IMG/VR virus record: IMGVR_UViG_3300014208_000024 | Span: 32,001 to 96,000 of that record | DNA length: 64,000 nt | Reading direction: 5' to 3' (one strand) | Source of the DNA: a virus | Taxonomy: Duplodnaviria > Caudoviricetes | Part shown: in pieces, positions 38,185 to 45,736 of the stretch | Numbering within the stretch: position 1 is the stretch's first letter | Layout of the letters: each line of letters opens with the position of its first letter | The notes under the pieces: generated by a model | What the model saw: only the letters and a program-made list of their open reading frames with translations | What the model was told of the DNA's origin: nothing | Database searches by the model: none | Position numbers and translations under genes: made by a program

Positions 38185-38976
38185 ATGAAAACACTATTAT
38201 TTACAATCAGTTTCATCTTGTTTTCTTTAATTTCATTCTCTCAAGATGATATTTATTATTCTCCAAGTCACGACACTGTTACACAGGAAGGAAATACGTA
38301 TATAACCAATAATTATTACTCAGACGAATATGAGTTTGATGATTATTTTTACACAAAAAGACTTTATAGATTTCACAGCAATAGTACATATGGATATTAC
38401 TCCAATTACTATTCTGATTGTTTATTTTTATTTTCTATTGGAGGAGTAGATTTGTATTTGACAAATTATTATTATCCATATTATTACTATAATTATTCCC
38501 CATATTACTACGGATATTATGATCATTCATATTATAACTGGGGACATTCATATTATAACTGGGGACATTCATATAATCACAATAATCATGGATGGAACCA
38601 TAATAATTGGGAAAATCATCATGGAAATGGACATCATAGTTCAAATAATAAACCTACTTATTATGGACATAGAGAAAGTATATCACAAAAAACCACAAAC
38701 AATTCTAGACCATCTTATGTTAAACCGTCTGTTAATTCTAAACCAGAATATAACAAACCAAATACATTTGAATATACAAGGCCACAAAAATATCAAAAAC
38801 CAGTTTTTAATGATTCTAAACCAAATTATTCAAAACCGCAAGTTTATTTTAACAAACCAATAAACACAAAACCAAATAATTATTCGAAACCAAGTAATTA
38901 CTCTAGACCATCTATAAATGTAAGACAGAGTGGGGGAACAATTTCAAAACCATCAAACTCATTTAAGAGAAAATAA
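38185..38976 (+). CDS. Secreted Tyr/His/Asn-rich low-complexity protein (Bacteroidota type)
   Basis: Signal peptide, DDIYYSP, YNWGHS and KPxY repeats. Confidence 0.65.
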   Translation: MKTLLFTISFILFSLISFSQDDIYYSPSHDTVTQEGNTYITNNYYSDEYEFDDYFYTKRLYRFHSNSTYGYYSNYYSDCLFLFSIGGVDLYLTNYYYPYYYYNYSPYYYGYYDHSYYNWGHSYYNWGHSYNHNNHGWNHNNWENHHGNGHHSSNNKPTYYGHRESISQKTTNNSRPSYVKPSVNSKPEYNKPNTFEYTRPQKYQKPVFNDSKPNYSKPQVYFNKPINTKPNNYSKPSNYSRPSINVRQSGGTISKPSNSFKRK

Positions 38977-39001
38977 AAAAAGGGGGGCTTATTCCTCCTT
39001 T

Positions 39002-39076
39002 TGGTACCCCCACCGTGACTCGAACACGAAATTAAAGTTTAGGAAACTTTCGGTATATCCCTTTACCTATGGGGGC
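39002..39076 (-). tRNA. tRNA-Arg(CCU)
   Basis: AAAGT-TTCCTAA-ACTTT; CCA. Confidence 0.85.
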
Positions 39077-39080
39077 ATGA

Positions 39081-39263
39081 TTATTTAATTAATCCAAGTT
39101 TTAATTTTAACCTGGCCTTACTAAGCTTTTCAACAGTTTTATTATATTCTTCTTCTGAAACATTATCTTTAAAGTTTTTGCTCTTAATACGTTTCTCTAA
39201 AAAAGAAATATAATCATTATGCTGAGCTATTGCTGATTTTTTATTTTCTTGTTTGTTTTTCAT
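39081..39263 (-). CDS. Small basic hypothetical protein
   Basis: ORF from MKNKQ. Confidence 0.55.
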   Translation of the reverse strand: MKNKQENKKSAIAQHNDYISFLEKRIKSKNFKDNVSEEEYNKTVEKLSKARLKLKLGLIK

Positions 39264-39275
39264 ATAATAATTTTG

Positions 39276-39349
39276 CAGGCACGGAGGGACTCGAACCCCC
39301 AAATCTTCGCTTTTGGAGAGCGTTATTCTACCAATTGAACTACGCACCT
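39276..39349 (-). tRNA. tRNA-Trp(CCA)
   Basis: CGCT-CTCCAAA-AGCG. Confidence 0.9.
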
Positions 39350-39358
39350 GTATGTTTG

Positions 39359-39430
39359 CGCCAGTGAAGCGACTCGAACACTTAAATCACGGGTTTGGAA
39401 TCCGCTTACCTCTCTCTTGTGGGCACTGAC
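39359..39430 (-). tRNA. tRNA-Trp(CCA), divergent
   Basis: TTCCAAA loop; weak D-arm. Confidence 0.65.
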
Positions 39431-39441
39431 ATTTATTTTTG

Positions 39442-39515
39442 TATCTCAGGAGGGACTCGAACCCCCAACTTTCAGCTTAGAAGGCTGAATTTCTGGTCCA
39501 TTGAATTACTGAGAC
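39442..39515 (-). tRNA. tRNA-Arg(UCU)
   Basis: TCAGC-CTTCTAA-GCTGA. Confidence 0.88.
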
Positions 39516-39521
39516 ATTTTG

Positions 39522-39593
39522 TCTCCCCAGAAGGACTCGAACCTTCACTCGTCAGTTTAGAAAACTGATGCTTATCCATTAAGCTATGGGGAG
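39522..39593 (-). tRNA. tRNA-Arg(UCU)
   Basis: TCAGT-TTTCTAA-ACTGA. Confidence 0.88.
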
Positions 39594-39596
39594 AAA

Positions 39597-39684
39597 TGGC
39601 GGAGAATAAGGGATTCGAACCCCTGGCACCTTTCGGTGCACATGCTTTCCAAGCATGCACCTTAAACCACTCGGTCAACTCTCC
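39597..39684 (-). tRNA. tRNA-Ser(GGA)
   Basis: CATGC-TTGGAAA-GCATG, class II arm. Confidence 0.92.
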
Positions 39685-39689
39685 AAAAC

Positions 39690-39766
39690 AGGACTGCATA
39701 TCTCCAACATCATGCTCCTACTGGTAACTATTTCCAGCGACGAGATTTGAACTCGTTTACATCCTT
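39690..39766 (-). ncRNA. Circularly permuted tRNA-like core without Y stem
   Basis: AGGA/TCCT closing; T-arm ACGAG-TTCAAAT-CTCGT first, then CTGG/CCAG, then D-like arm. Confidence 0.5.
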
Positions 39767-39852
39767 GGCGGAGAGTGCGAGTACCGACCTCGCTTGGCCT
39801 TAAGCCATCCTAAGTTTAGCAAACTTGACTCTTACCTTTCGAGCAACTCTCC
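39766..39852 (-). tRNA. tRNA-Ser(GCU)
   Basis: AAGT-TTGCTAA-ACTT, class II arm, atypical T-loop. Confidence 0.8.
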
Positions 39853-39933
39853 ATTACGTAAAGAATAAATTGTGAAAACTGTTTTTTGTTTTTATTATTT
39901 CCGCATATTTATTATTATATCATTAAATATTTT

Positions 39934-40587
39934 ATGATTCCTTTATATACTCAAGAAGAATTTATTTTAGCAAAATCATCTGATAAATTACCATTACAGT
40001 GTGAACATTGTGGAAAAACTTTTTACACACAAAAAAGAATAATAAAAGACAAAAGGGGTGTTAAAAAGTTTTGTTCTTTTTCTTGTCTTGGAAAATCTAC
40101 ATTACAAAAAACCACAATTAATTGTAAACTATGTAATAAAGAATTTTTAATAAAAAAGTCACAACTAAAAAAAGGAAAAAATCATTTTTGCAGCATTTCA
40201 TGTAATGCACAATATAACAACTCACACAAAACTCACGGTACTAATCGTTCTAAATTAGAAATATGGATTGAAAAAAAACTTTCTGAATTATACCCAAATC
40301 TAAAAATTTTATACAATGATACCACAGCAATAAATTCTGAGCTAGACATTTATATTCCAAAAATAAAATTGGCATTTGAATTAAATGGAATTTTTCATTT
40401 TGAACCCATTTTTGGAAATGAAAAATTAGAAAAATCGAAAAACAATGACAACAAAAAGTTTCAAAAATGTATAAAAAGCAAAATTTCATTATGTATCATA
40501 GACACATCTACTCAAAAATATTTCAAAGAAAACTCTTCTAAAAAATACCTTGATATAATAACAAACATCATTTCAAAGAACATTTAA
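39934..40587 (+). CDS. Zn-ribbon plus PD-(D/E)XK endonuclease
   Basis: Paralog of 18689..19369. Confidence 0.8.
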   Translation: MIPLYTQEEFILAKSSDKLPLQCEHCGKTFYTQKRIIKDKRGVKKFCSFSCLGKSTLQKTTINCKLCNKEFLIKKSQLKKGKNHFCSISCNAQYNNSHKTHGTNRSKLEIWIEKKLSELYPNLKILYNDTTAINSELDIYIPKIKLAFELNGIFHFEPIFGNEKLEKSKNNDNKKFQKCIKSKISLCIIDTSTQKYFKENSSKKYLDIITNIISKNI

Positions 40588-40611
40588 TTGTGTGTAACTC
40601 ATACACTCAAG

Positions 40612-40694
40612 AGGAAGGTAAACGAATCGAACGCTCATCCCGAAGGATGGCCCAGGGTTCAAGCCTGGTTACTCACCACTGAGTGCTACCTTCC
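40612..40694 (-). tRNA. tRNA-Ser(UGA)
   Basis: CCAGG-CTTGAAC-CCTGG. Confidence 0.82.
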
Positions 40695-40713
40695 ATTATT
40701 TTAAAGAACATTT

Positions 40714-40803
40714 TGGCGGAGAAGAAGGGATTCGAACCCCTGGAGCCCTCACGGGCTCAACGGTTTTCAAGACCGCCGCATTCAACCACTCTGCCACTTC
40801 TCC
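40714..40803 (-). tRNA. tRNA-Ser(UGA)
   Basis: CGGT-CTTGAAA-ACCG; CCA. Confidence 0.92.
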
Positions 40804-40839
40804 AAAAAAAACCCCCGATTCATTTCTGACCGAGGGTTT
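40804..40839 (-). terminator. Attenuator terminator of Ser/Arg/Trp tRNA operon
   Basis: CCCTCGGT...ATCGGGGG followed by T8. Confidence 0.85.
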
Positions 40840-40862
40840 CTCTAAAAATATTTTTAACAAAT

Positions 40863-40949
40863 TTAGATAATATGCGGCCAGGAACAAGTAAATCTACTTG
40901 AGCTTCTTCTCCTGGATGACCAATTCATATTTTCAACTTTGTTTTTCAT
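40863..40949 (-). CDS. Leader peptide MKNKVENMNWSSRRRSSSRFTCSWPHII
   Basis: 28-aa ORF with 6 Ser, 4 Arg (AGA/AGG only), 2 Trp; antiterminator CTGGCCG. Confidence 0.85.
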   Translation of the reverse strand: MKNKVENMNWSSRRRSSSRFTCSWPHII

Positions 40950-41033
40950 AACATTAATAAATATACAAAAAAATTCTTTTTTCAATCTATACGGCAAATA
41001 TATAAAAAAGTTACATAAAAACCAAATTATTTT

Positions 41034-41390
41034 TTAAGAATATAAGTTTTCTTCAAAATCTATTGCCATAAAAGCAATTTTTAACGCATCATTATATTGT
41101 TTAAAAGTTCTACAATCTTCTGGGTTATATTCATCCACTTTTAATCTATTTTTACCAAATTTAAGAAAATCATAATATTCAAAAGTAGTAGAATACAACT
41201 CATTACATTCTTCTTCTGATAAAAACTCCACTTGTTCTCTCAATTCATTTATAGATTGCTGATCGAATTCTAATAAACATTTCTCTATAAAAGAATTTAA
41301 TTTATCAATAAATTTTTGTCTTTTAAATCTTTTTGAAACCAAAAGCATAAACTTTGTATAAAACAATTTTTTTAAGATGTCATCTTTCAT
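41034..41390 (-). CDS. Hypothetical protein
   Basis: ORF. Confidence 0.6.
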   Translation of the reverse strand: MKDDILKKLFYTKFMLLVSKRFKRQKFIDKLNSFIEKCLLEFDQQSINELREQVEFLSEEECNELYSTTFEYYDFLKFGKNRLKVDEYNPEDCRTFKQYNDALKIAFMAIDFEENLYS

Positions 41391-41408
41391 TTTTATTTTC
41401 CTCCTTTT

Positions 41409-41783
41409 TTATATTATTCCACGTTTTTTTAAATCATTTACGTAATTTTTGCAATATTCAGACAGAAATTCTGCTTCAGCATCTATTGTTGGACTTGCAA
41501 ATAAATCTCCATTTTTATTTTTAAAATTAACGAGTGTTTCTTTTAAATCCCAGAATAAATTGACACTGTTAACAACAAGAGAAAATTTTCCAGGTTTATT
41601 TATTCCAGCAAATATTCTATATAATGCAGGAAAAATAAAAACGGCTGCAGGTTCTTCTTTTTTTAAAGAAATTAAATACAATGCTATTTCCTCAAAAACT
41701 TTTGCAAGTTCATTTGATTGATCATCGGTTAAATGTTCCAATAACCCTGATTCTTTCCAAGGTTTTGTTATATCGTTTAACAT
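41409..41783 (-). CDS. Small protein resembling the N-terminus of gp23-type major capsid proteins
   Basis: WKESGLLEHL...LAKVFE...FPALYRIF. Confidence 0.5.
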   Translation of the reverse strand: MLNDITKPWKESGLLEHLTDDQSNELAKVFEEIALYLISLKKEEPAAVFIFPALYRIFAGINKPGKFSLVVNSVNLFWDLKETLVNFKNKNGDLFASPTIDAEAEFLSEYCKNYVNDLKKRGII

Positions 41784-42073
41784 TTTTTCTGTTTTTCTAT
41801 TTTTTCAATATAATCAAAAATTTCATTAACATGTTCGAGATACTCAATGTTTCTATTTATTAAATTTCTATTTGCTTCTATTTTTTCTTTTGCATTACTT
41901 GAATTTAAAATTGTGGAAAGATCTCCTATTGGAGTTTTAAATGCAAATGAATTATTTGGATAACTTACTATTCCGCTATCACAAACAACATACGAAGTTG
42001 AGGTTCCACAATTAGTGGAAACATTATAATTTACAACATCTTCAGGAGTATTTCTGATGGAGTAAATGTTCAT
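41777..42073 (-). CDS. Hypothetical protein
   Basis: ORF. Confidence 0.55.
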   Translation of the reverse strand: MNIYSIRNTPEDVVNYNVSTNCGTSTSYVVCDSGIVSYPNNSFAFKTPIGDLSTILNSSNAKEKIEANRNLINRNIEYLEHVNEIFDYIEKIEKQKKC

Positions 42074-42251
42074 TTTTCATATTCTTTTATTTGCAAGAAC
42101 AAAACTTGGTTTTCCCAGGCAAACTGAATTGTTTTTGTGTTAATTCTTTCTGTAATTTGTGCACTCATATTATATTTTTAAAACAATATAAAAAAAAATC
42201 CCCCCAAAATCAAGAGATTTCAGAGGAATTTTAGAAACGAAACGAAACGAG

Positions 42252-42324
42252 CCCGACCAGAGGGATTCGAACCCACAACCATCTGTTTTAGGGACAGTTG
42301 CTCTGCCAATTGAGCTATGGAAGG
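42252..42324 (-). tRNA. tRNA-like gene with CUA (amber) anticodon, degenerate acceptor
   Basis: CTGT-CCCTAAA-ACAG; two acceptor mismatches, C33. Confidence 0.55.
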
Positions 42325-42426
42325 TTTTCTACCAATATATACGCAAAAAATAAAAAAAAGTTACAAAATATAATAACAAATCAAAAAAATTACGTATATT
42401 TGCAATATAATCAAACTTAAATTCAT

Positions 42427-42837
42427 ATGAAAAACTTTATTTTTTCTTTACTATGCATGGTGTTTTGTATGTTTTCATACGGACAAAATTCACAAATAAA
42501 AATATTAGATTTTTATCAAGAAAATGGAGTTGTTTATGTTAAATATGACATCAAACAAGAGTTTTCAGAATATGCTACTCTTCAAATTTATACTTTTCAA
42601 GAAAAATTTTCTGTGTTATATGAAGAAAACATAGATTTAAAATGCGTTGGCATTCACGAAATTATCATCCCATCTTTTGTATTACAATTTAATACTAATA
42701 TAACTTGTCATTTTCAATACTGCGCAACATATCCAGATCGTTGTGTAAATATCCTTGCATCATCAATAAAACCAAAACTTATAGAAAAAAACAAAGAACC
42801 TATTTATAATAAAGAAGGAGTAATAACAAGTTTATAA
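42427..42837 (+). CDS. Secreted hypothetical protein
   Basis: Signal peptide. Confidence 0.6.
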   Translation: MKNFIFSLLCMVFCMFSYGQNSQIKILDFYQENGVVYVKYDIKQEFSEYATLQIYTFQEKFSVLYEENIDLKCVGIHEIIIPSFVLQFNTNITCHFQYCATYPDRCVNILASSIKPKLIEKNKEPIYNKEGVITSL

Positions 42838-42852
42838 AAAAAAGAAAGAGGG

Positions 42853-43290
42853 TTATTCCTCTTTCTTTTTAACTGTTAAACCTACAAGTGTTTTTTCAAC
42901 TTCTTTTGTAACAACAGATCTATTGTTTTCATCCAATTTTTCTTCAATCATTTTTTTAACTTCTTTTACCTTTTCCTTCATTGCTTTGAAGTTGGATATA
43001 GACGTTCTATTTTTACCATGAGGGGGAAATAAAATGTTTGAAATTACATTCTTTGCATTATTCCCATAGTTTTTAATGTAGTAATCTACATTAGAAATAC
43101 GAACAATGTTTGATTCAACACCATCAAACTCTAGTGTTACACAATACAATTTGTCTTTGATCTTCATTGGAAAAGCCTTTATAAACTTCCCATCTTCTGT
43201 TAGAAACAAGTGTTTTGACACTGATTCTAAATACTTTTCAACCTTCTGAAAGTTTACTTCGTCTACTTTTTCTACTGTTAATGTTTCCAT
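42853..43290 (-). CDS. Hypothetical protein
   Basis: ORF. Confidence 0.65.
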   Translation of the reverse strand: METLTVEKVDEVNFQKVEKYLESVSKHLFLTEDGKFIKAFPMKIKDKLYCVTLEFDGVESNIVRISNVDYYIKNYGNNAKNVISNILFPPHGKNRTSISNFKAMKEKVKEVKKMIEEKLDENNRSVVTKEVEKTLVGLTVKKKEE

Positions 43291-43335
43291 AATAAAATTT
43301 TAATTTAAGTTATAACCGCACAACATGTGCAATCG

Positions 43336-43409
43336 AAGGAAAGACAGGACTCGAACCTGCGACCAAATCGGTTCTAGAAACCGTTGCTCTGCCACTGAGC
43401 TACATTCCC
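43336..43409 (-). tRNA. tRNA with CUA (amber) anticodon
   Basis: CGGT-TTCTAGA-ACCG; canonical D and T arms. Confidence 0.7.
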
Positions 43410-43417
43410 TTATTAAT

Positions 43418-43548
43418 TAATCGAGACATAATCGAGACATTAATCGAGACATTGTGTCCCGATTATGTCCAGATAAACCATTTTTTAACACTAATCCAGA
43501 CATATTCTGGACAAGTTGTCCAGAAAAATGTCCAGATTATATTGTCCC
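43418..43548. repeat. Cluster of about 9 direct and inverted TGTCYNGATTA-like repeats
   Basis: TAATCGAGACA x3 tandem, then TGTCCCGATTA, TGTCCAGATAA, TAATCCAGACA, TCTGGACA, TGTCCAGA x2. Confidence 0.75.
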
Positions 43549-43753
43549 CCCAGCCGTGAATCGAACACTCGACCTCCTGCACGTTAATAAAACACTCCTG
43601 TTCAAAACAATTTCATTCAGACTTTACATTAACAGCTTCTTAATGCTCCACCCTCTTTACTTTTGAATCTCCCACTTGTATCCCACCTATTCAACTTGTA
43701 TAGCTAACACAAATCTTTCGGTGACAGGCGCTCTGCCACTGAGCTATGGGGGG
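43545..43753 (-). ncRNA. tRNA body with about 130-nt insertion replacing the anticodon loop
   Basis: CCCCCCA/TGGGGGG acceptor, D and T arms, CCTG/CAGG stem enclosing insert. Confidence 0.65.
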
Positions 43754-43759
43754 TTATTT

Positions 43760-44209
43760 TTATTCGTTTATCATTCCAAACTTATCAAAGTACTTTAAAG
43801 GTCTCATTTTTTTACCTTTCACATAGAATCCCCATTTATGATAAGGTCTTCCACAAAACAATATTGTCCAGGCACCTTCTTTTGGTATTTCCAAATAGTG
43901 TTTTTTCTTTGCATCTGCAAACCATAGCCTCCATGCAGTTGCTTTTATTTTTCTACAATTATTCACATCTGGATTATCTGGATCATTTGGTACAACATTA
44001 TAATACCAACCCTTCAATATCATTGAAATAAGATTACAAGAATGATCATGAAAAAATCTTTTATCATCTGATCTTATCCATTTATGAATCCTTATAGAAT
44101 AATTAAAGAAAATAAATGACCACCTAATAAGGTATGGGTTATTTTTATCTTCACCCATTTTTTCAGCCCATCTTATTTGAAAGGTTTTTAATTTATTGTA
44201 CGGTTTCAT
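43760..44209 (-). CDS. Cupin-like phage protein
   Basis: FHDHSCNLISMILKGWY...KKHYL...WTILFCG. Confidence 0.6.
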   Translation of the reverse strand: MKPYNKLKTFQIRWAEKMGEDKNNPYLIRWSFIFFNYSIRIHKWIRSDDKRFFHDHSCNLISMILKGWYYNVVPNDPDNPDVNNCRKIKATAWRLWFADAKKKHYLEIPKEGAWTILFCGRPYHKWGFYVKGKKMRPLKYFDKFGMINE

Positions 44210-44636
44210 CTTTTATTGCTATTAATTCCATTTCTACTAATAAATCACTTCTACAAAGTTTTGCTTCTACACAAACTGAAGCTGGATAAGCTTTTAAACC
44301 CATTTCTTCATAAAATTTCTTTCTTATTATATTAAATTCTTCATAATCACGATCAATATCTCGAAGATATATTGTTGTTTTTATCACATTCTTCCAACTT
44401 ATCCCTTCGTTTTCTAAAATTCCAGTGATATTTTTAAACATTCTTTCAGTTTGTTTTTTAAAATCTCCTTTATATAATGTGGACCCATTTTCTCCAATAC
44501 TTGCTGTTCCAGATATAAAAAACATTTCTGTATCATGTTTAATTTTTACAGACATTCCTCTACTGAAAGCTGAAGGTTTCTCATAATTATAAGCCTCTAG
44601 CATTGTTGAACTTTTTAACTGTTTCATAATATACAT
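44193..44636 (-). CDS. RidA/YjgF/Rut family protein
   Basis: FISGTASI...VIKTTIYLRD...PASVCVEAKLCR.DLLVEMELIA. Confidence 0.88.
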   Translation of the reverse strand: MYIMKQLKSSTMLEAYNYEKPSAFSRGMSVKIKHDTEMFFISGTASIGENGSTLYKGDFKKQTERMFKNITGILENEGISWKNVIKTTIYLRDIDRDYEEFNIIRKKFYEEMGLKAYPASVCVEAKLCRSDLLVEMELIAIKDETVQ

Positions 44637-44654
44637 TTATTTGATTAATAATTG

Positions 44655-44800
44655 TGGCTTGAGTTGATTATGAATCAACATCTTGCATTGTAGTCGGAAC
44701 TCATTAATAATGCGTTTTACAAACGATTTGCGTTTCAGTGGCCTTTTTACTCCGTCCTCTTTAACGATACAATGTTATTTTAACATTAAACTACCAAGCC
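44655..44800 (-). ncRNA. tRNA body with 75-nt insertion in the anticodon loop
   Basis: GGCTTGG/TCAAGCC acceptor, ATTGTA/TACAAT stem, GTTGA-TTCATAA-TCAAC T-arm. Confidence 0.6.
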
Positions 44801-44808
44801 TTATTTTG

Positions 44809-44880
44809 TAGCTGCTGGAGGAATCGAACCTACAACCCTGGATAACTATTTCCAGAATTTAACTCCATCATTTCGCAATG
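44809..44880 (-). pseudogene. Degenerate tRNA-like sequence (8-nt loop AATAGTTA)
   Basis: T-arm intact; CTGGA/TCCAG stem; 5' acceptor unclear. Confidence 0.35.
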
Positions 44881-44998
44881 TGTGCTACACATTGTTTTTT
44901 TACATGTTTTGCAAACTTTACTCACAAACAACTACAGCTGATTGTTGTTTGCTTTCATCATTCACTCCACAATCTGAAACGTGTTAAGCAGCCATTTG

Positions 44999-45067
44999 TA
45001 GGCGGAGATGGATACGAACCACCAATCTTCTATTCGAAGATAGACGCTTTACTTAAGCTACCCGCCT
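44999..45067 (-). tRNA. tRNA-like gene, 6-nt anticodon loop CTTCGA (Arg UCG-like)
   Basis: AGGCGGG/TCCGCCT acceptor; TCTAT/ATAGA stem. Confidence 0.55.
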
Positions 45068-45103
45068 GGGCTTTTCCAATACGTCAAAGAACTTTTTCTT
45101 TTG

Positions 45104-45156
45104 TCGGGGAGAAAGGACTCGAACCTCTCGCTGCAACCATTATTTGCATTTCCCCG
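45104..45156 (-). ncRNA. Anticodon-arm-less tRNA-like RNA
   Basis: CGGGGA/TCCCCG acceptor, single TGCAA/TTGCA arm, T-arm. Confidence 0.6.
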
Positions 45157-45204
45157 TGGTGCTGAGAAGGGGATTTAAACCCCCTGCATCACTAAAGACT
45201 CAGC
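45157..45204 (-). ncRNA. Acceptor/T-arm minihelix ending ACCA, overlapping the Pth2-like stop codon
   Basis: GCTGAG/CTCAGC-ACCA; GGGG-TTTAAAT-CCCC. Confidence 0.6.
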
Positions 45205-45588
45205 GTTTTTATAACTATTTTTATCTATTAAACCATTTAAATTATTTTCTTTTAGGGCACAAGGTAAATTCCTACACACCCTTTTTGATTCATCGGATGG
45301 TTCTAAAGCAATAGCCGTAACTTGATTGTCAATATCAGGCTCTCTAAAGATGGAAATAGTAATTCCCCTTGAGTGAGCTTTTTCAATCAAGAACAACATT
45401 TCTTTTTCGTCTTTTACAGACAAATACGCTAAATAATTGGAATTTTTGTGCCAGGAGTTGGCGATGTTATTGTGTTCTAAACAAAATTCAGCTAAAGCGT
45501 GGCCGCCTTGTACAGCTTGATAAGCAGTGGTCAAATCTCTTCTGACAACCACTATTAATTTTGCATTATTCTCAACAATCTATAACAT
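45175..45588 (-). CDS. Pth2-like peptidyl-tRNA hydrolase with in-frame UAG at codon 3
   Basis: VVRRDL...QAVQGGHA...FREPDIDNQVTAIAL; upstream in-frame ATG TTA TAG ATT GTT. Confidence 0.8.
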
Positions 45589-45736
45589 AACTTCTTTTTT
45601 AATAAATATTCAAAAATTTTGTTTTCTACCAATCTATACGCAAAGATATAAAAAAAGTTACATAAAAAGCAAGAAAAAATAGTTTTATTTTACAACTTTT
45701 TATGTAACTCTTTGATTTTCAAATATAAAAATTTAT

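Noticed and set aside
43545-43753. tmRNA
   Set aside because: No G3:U70 alanine identity pair, intact D-stem, and no clear tag ORF
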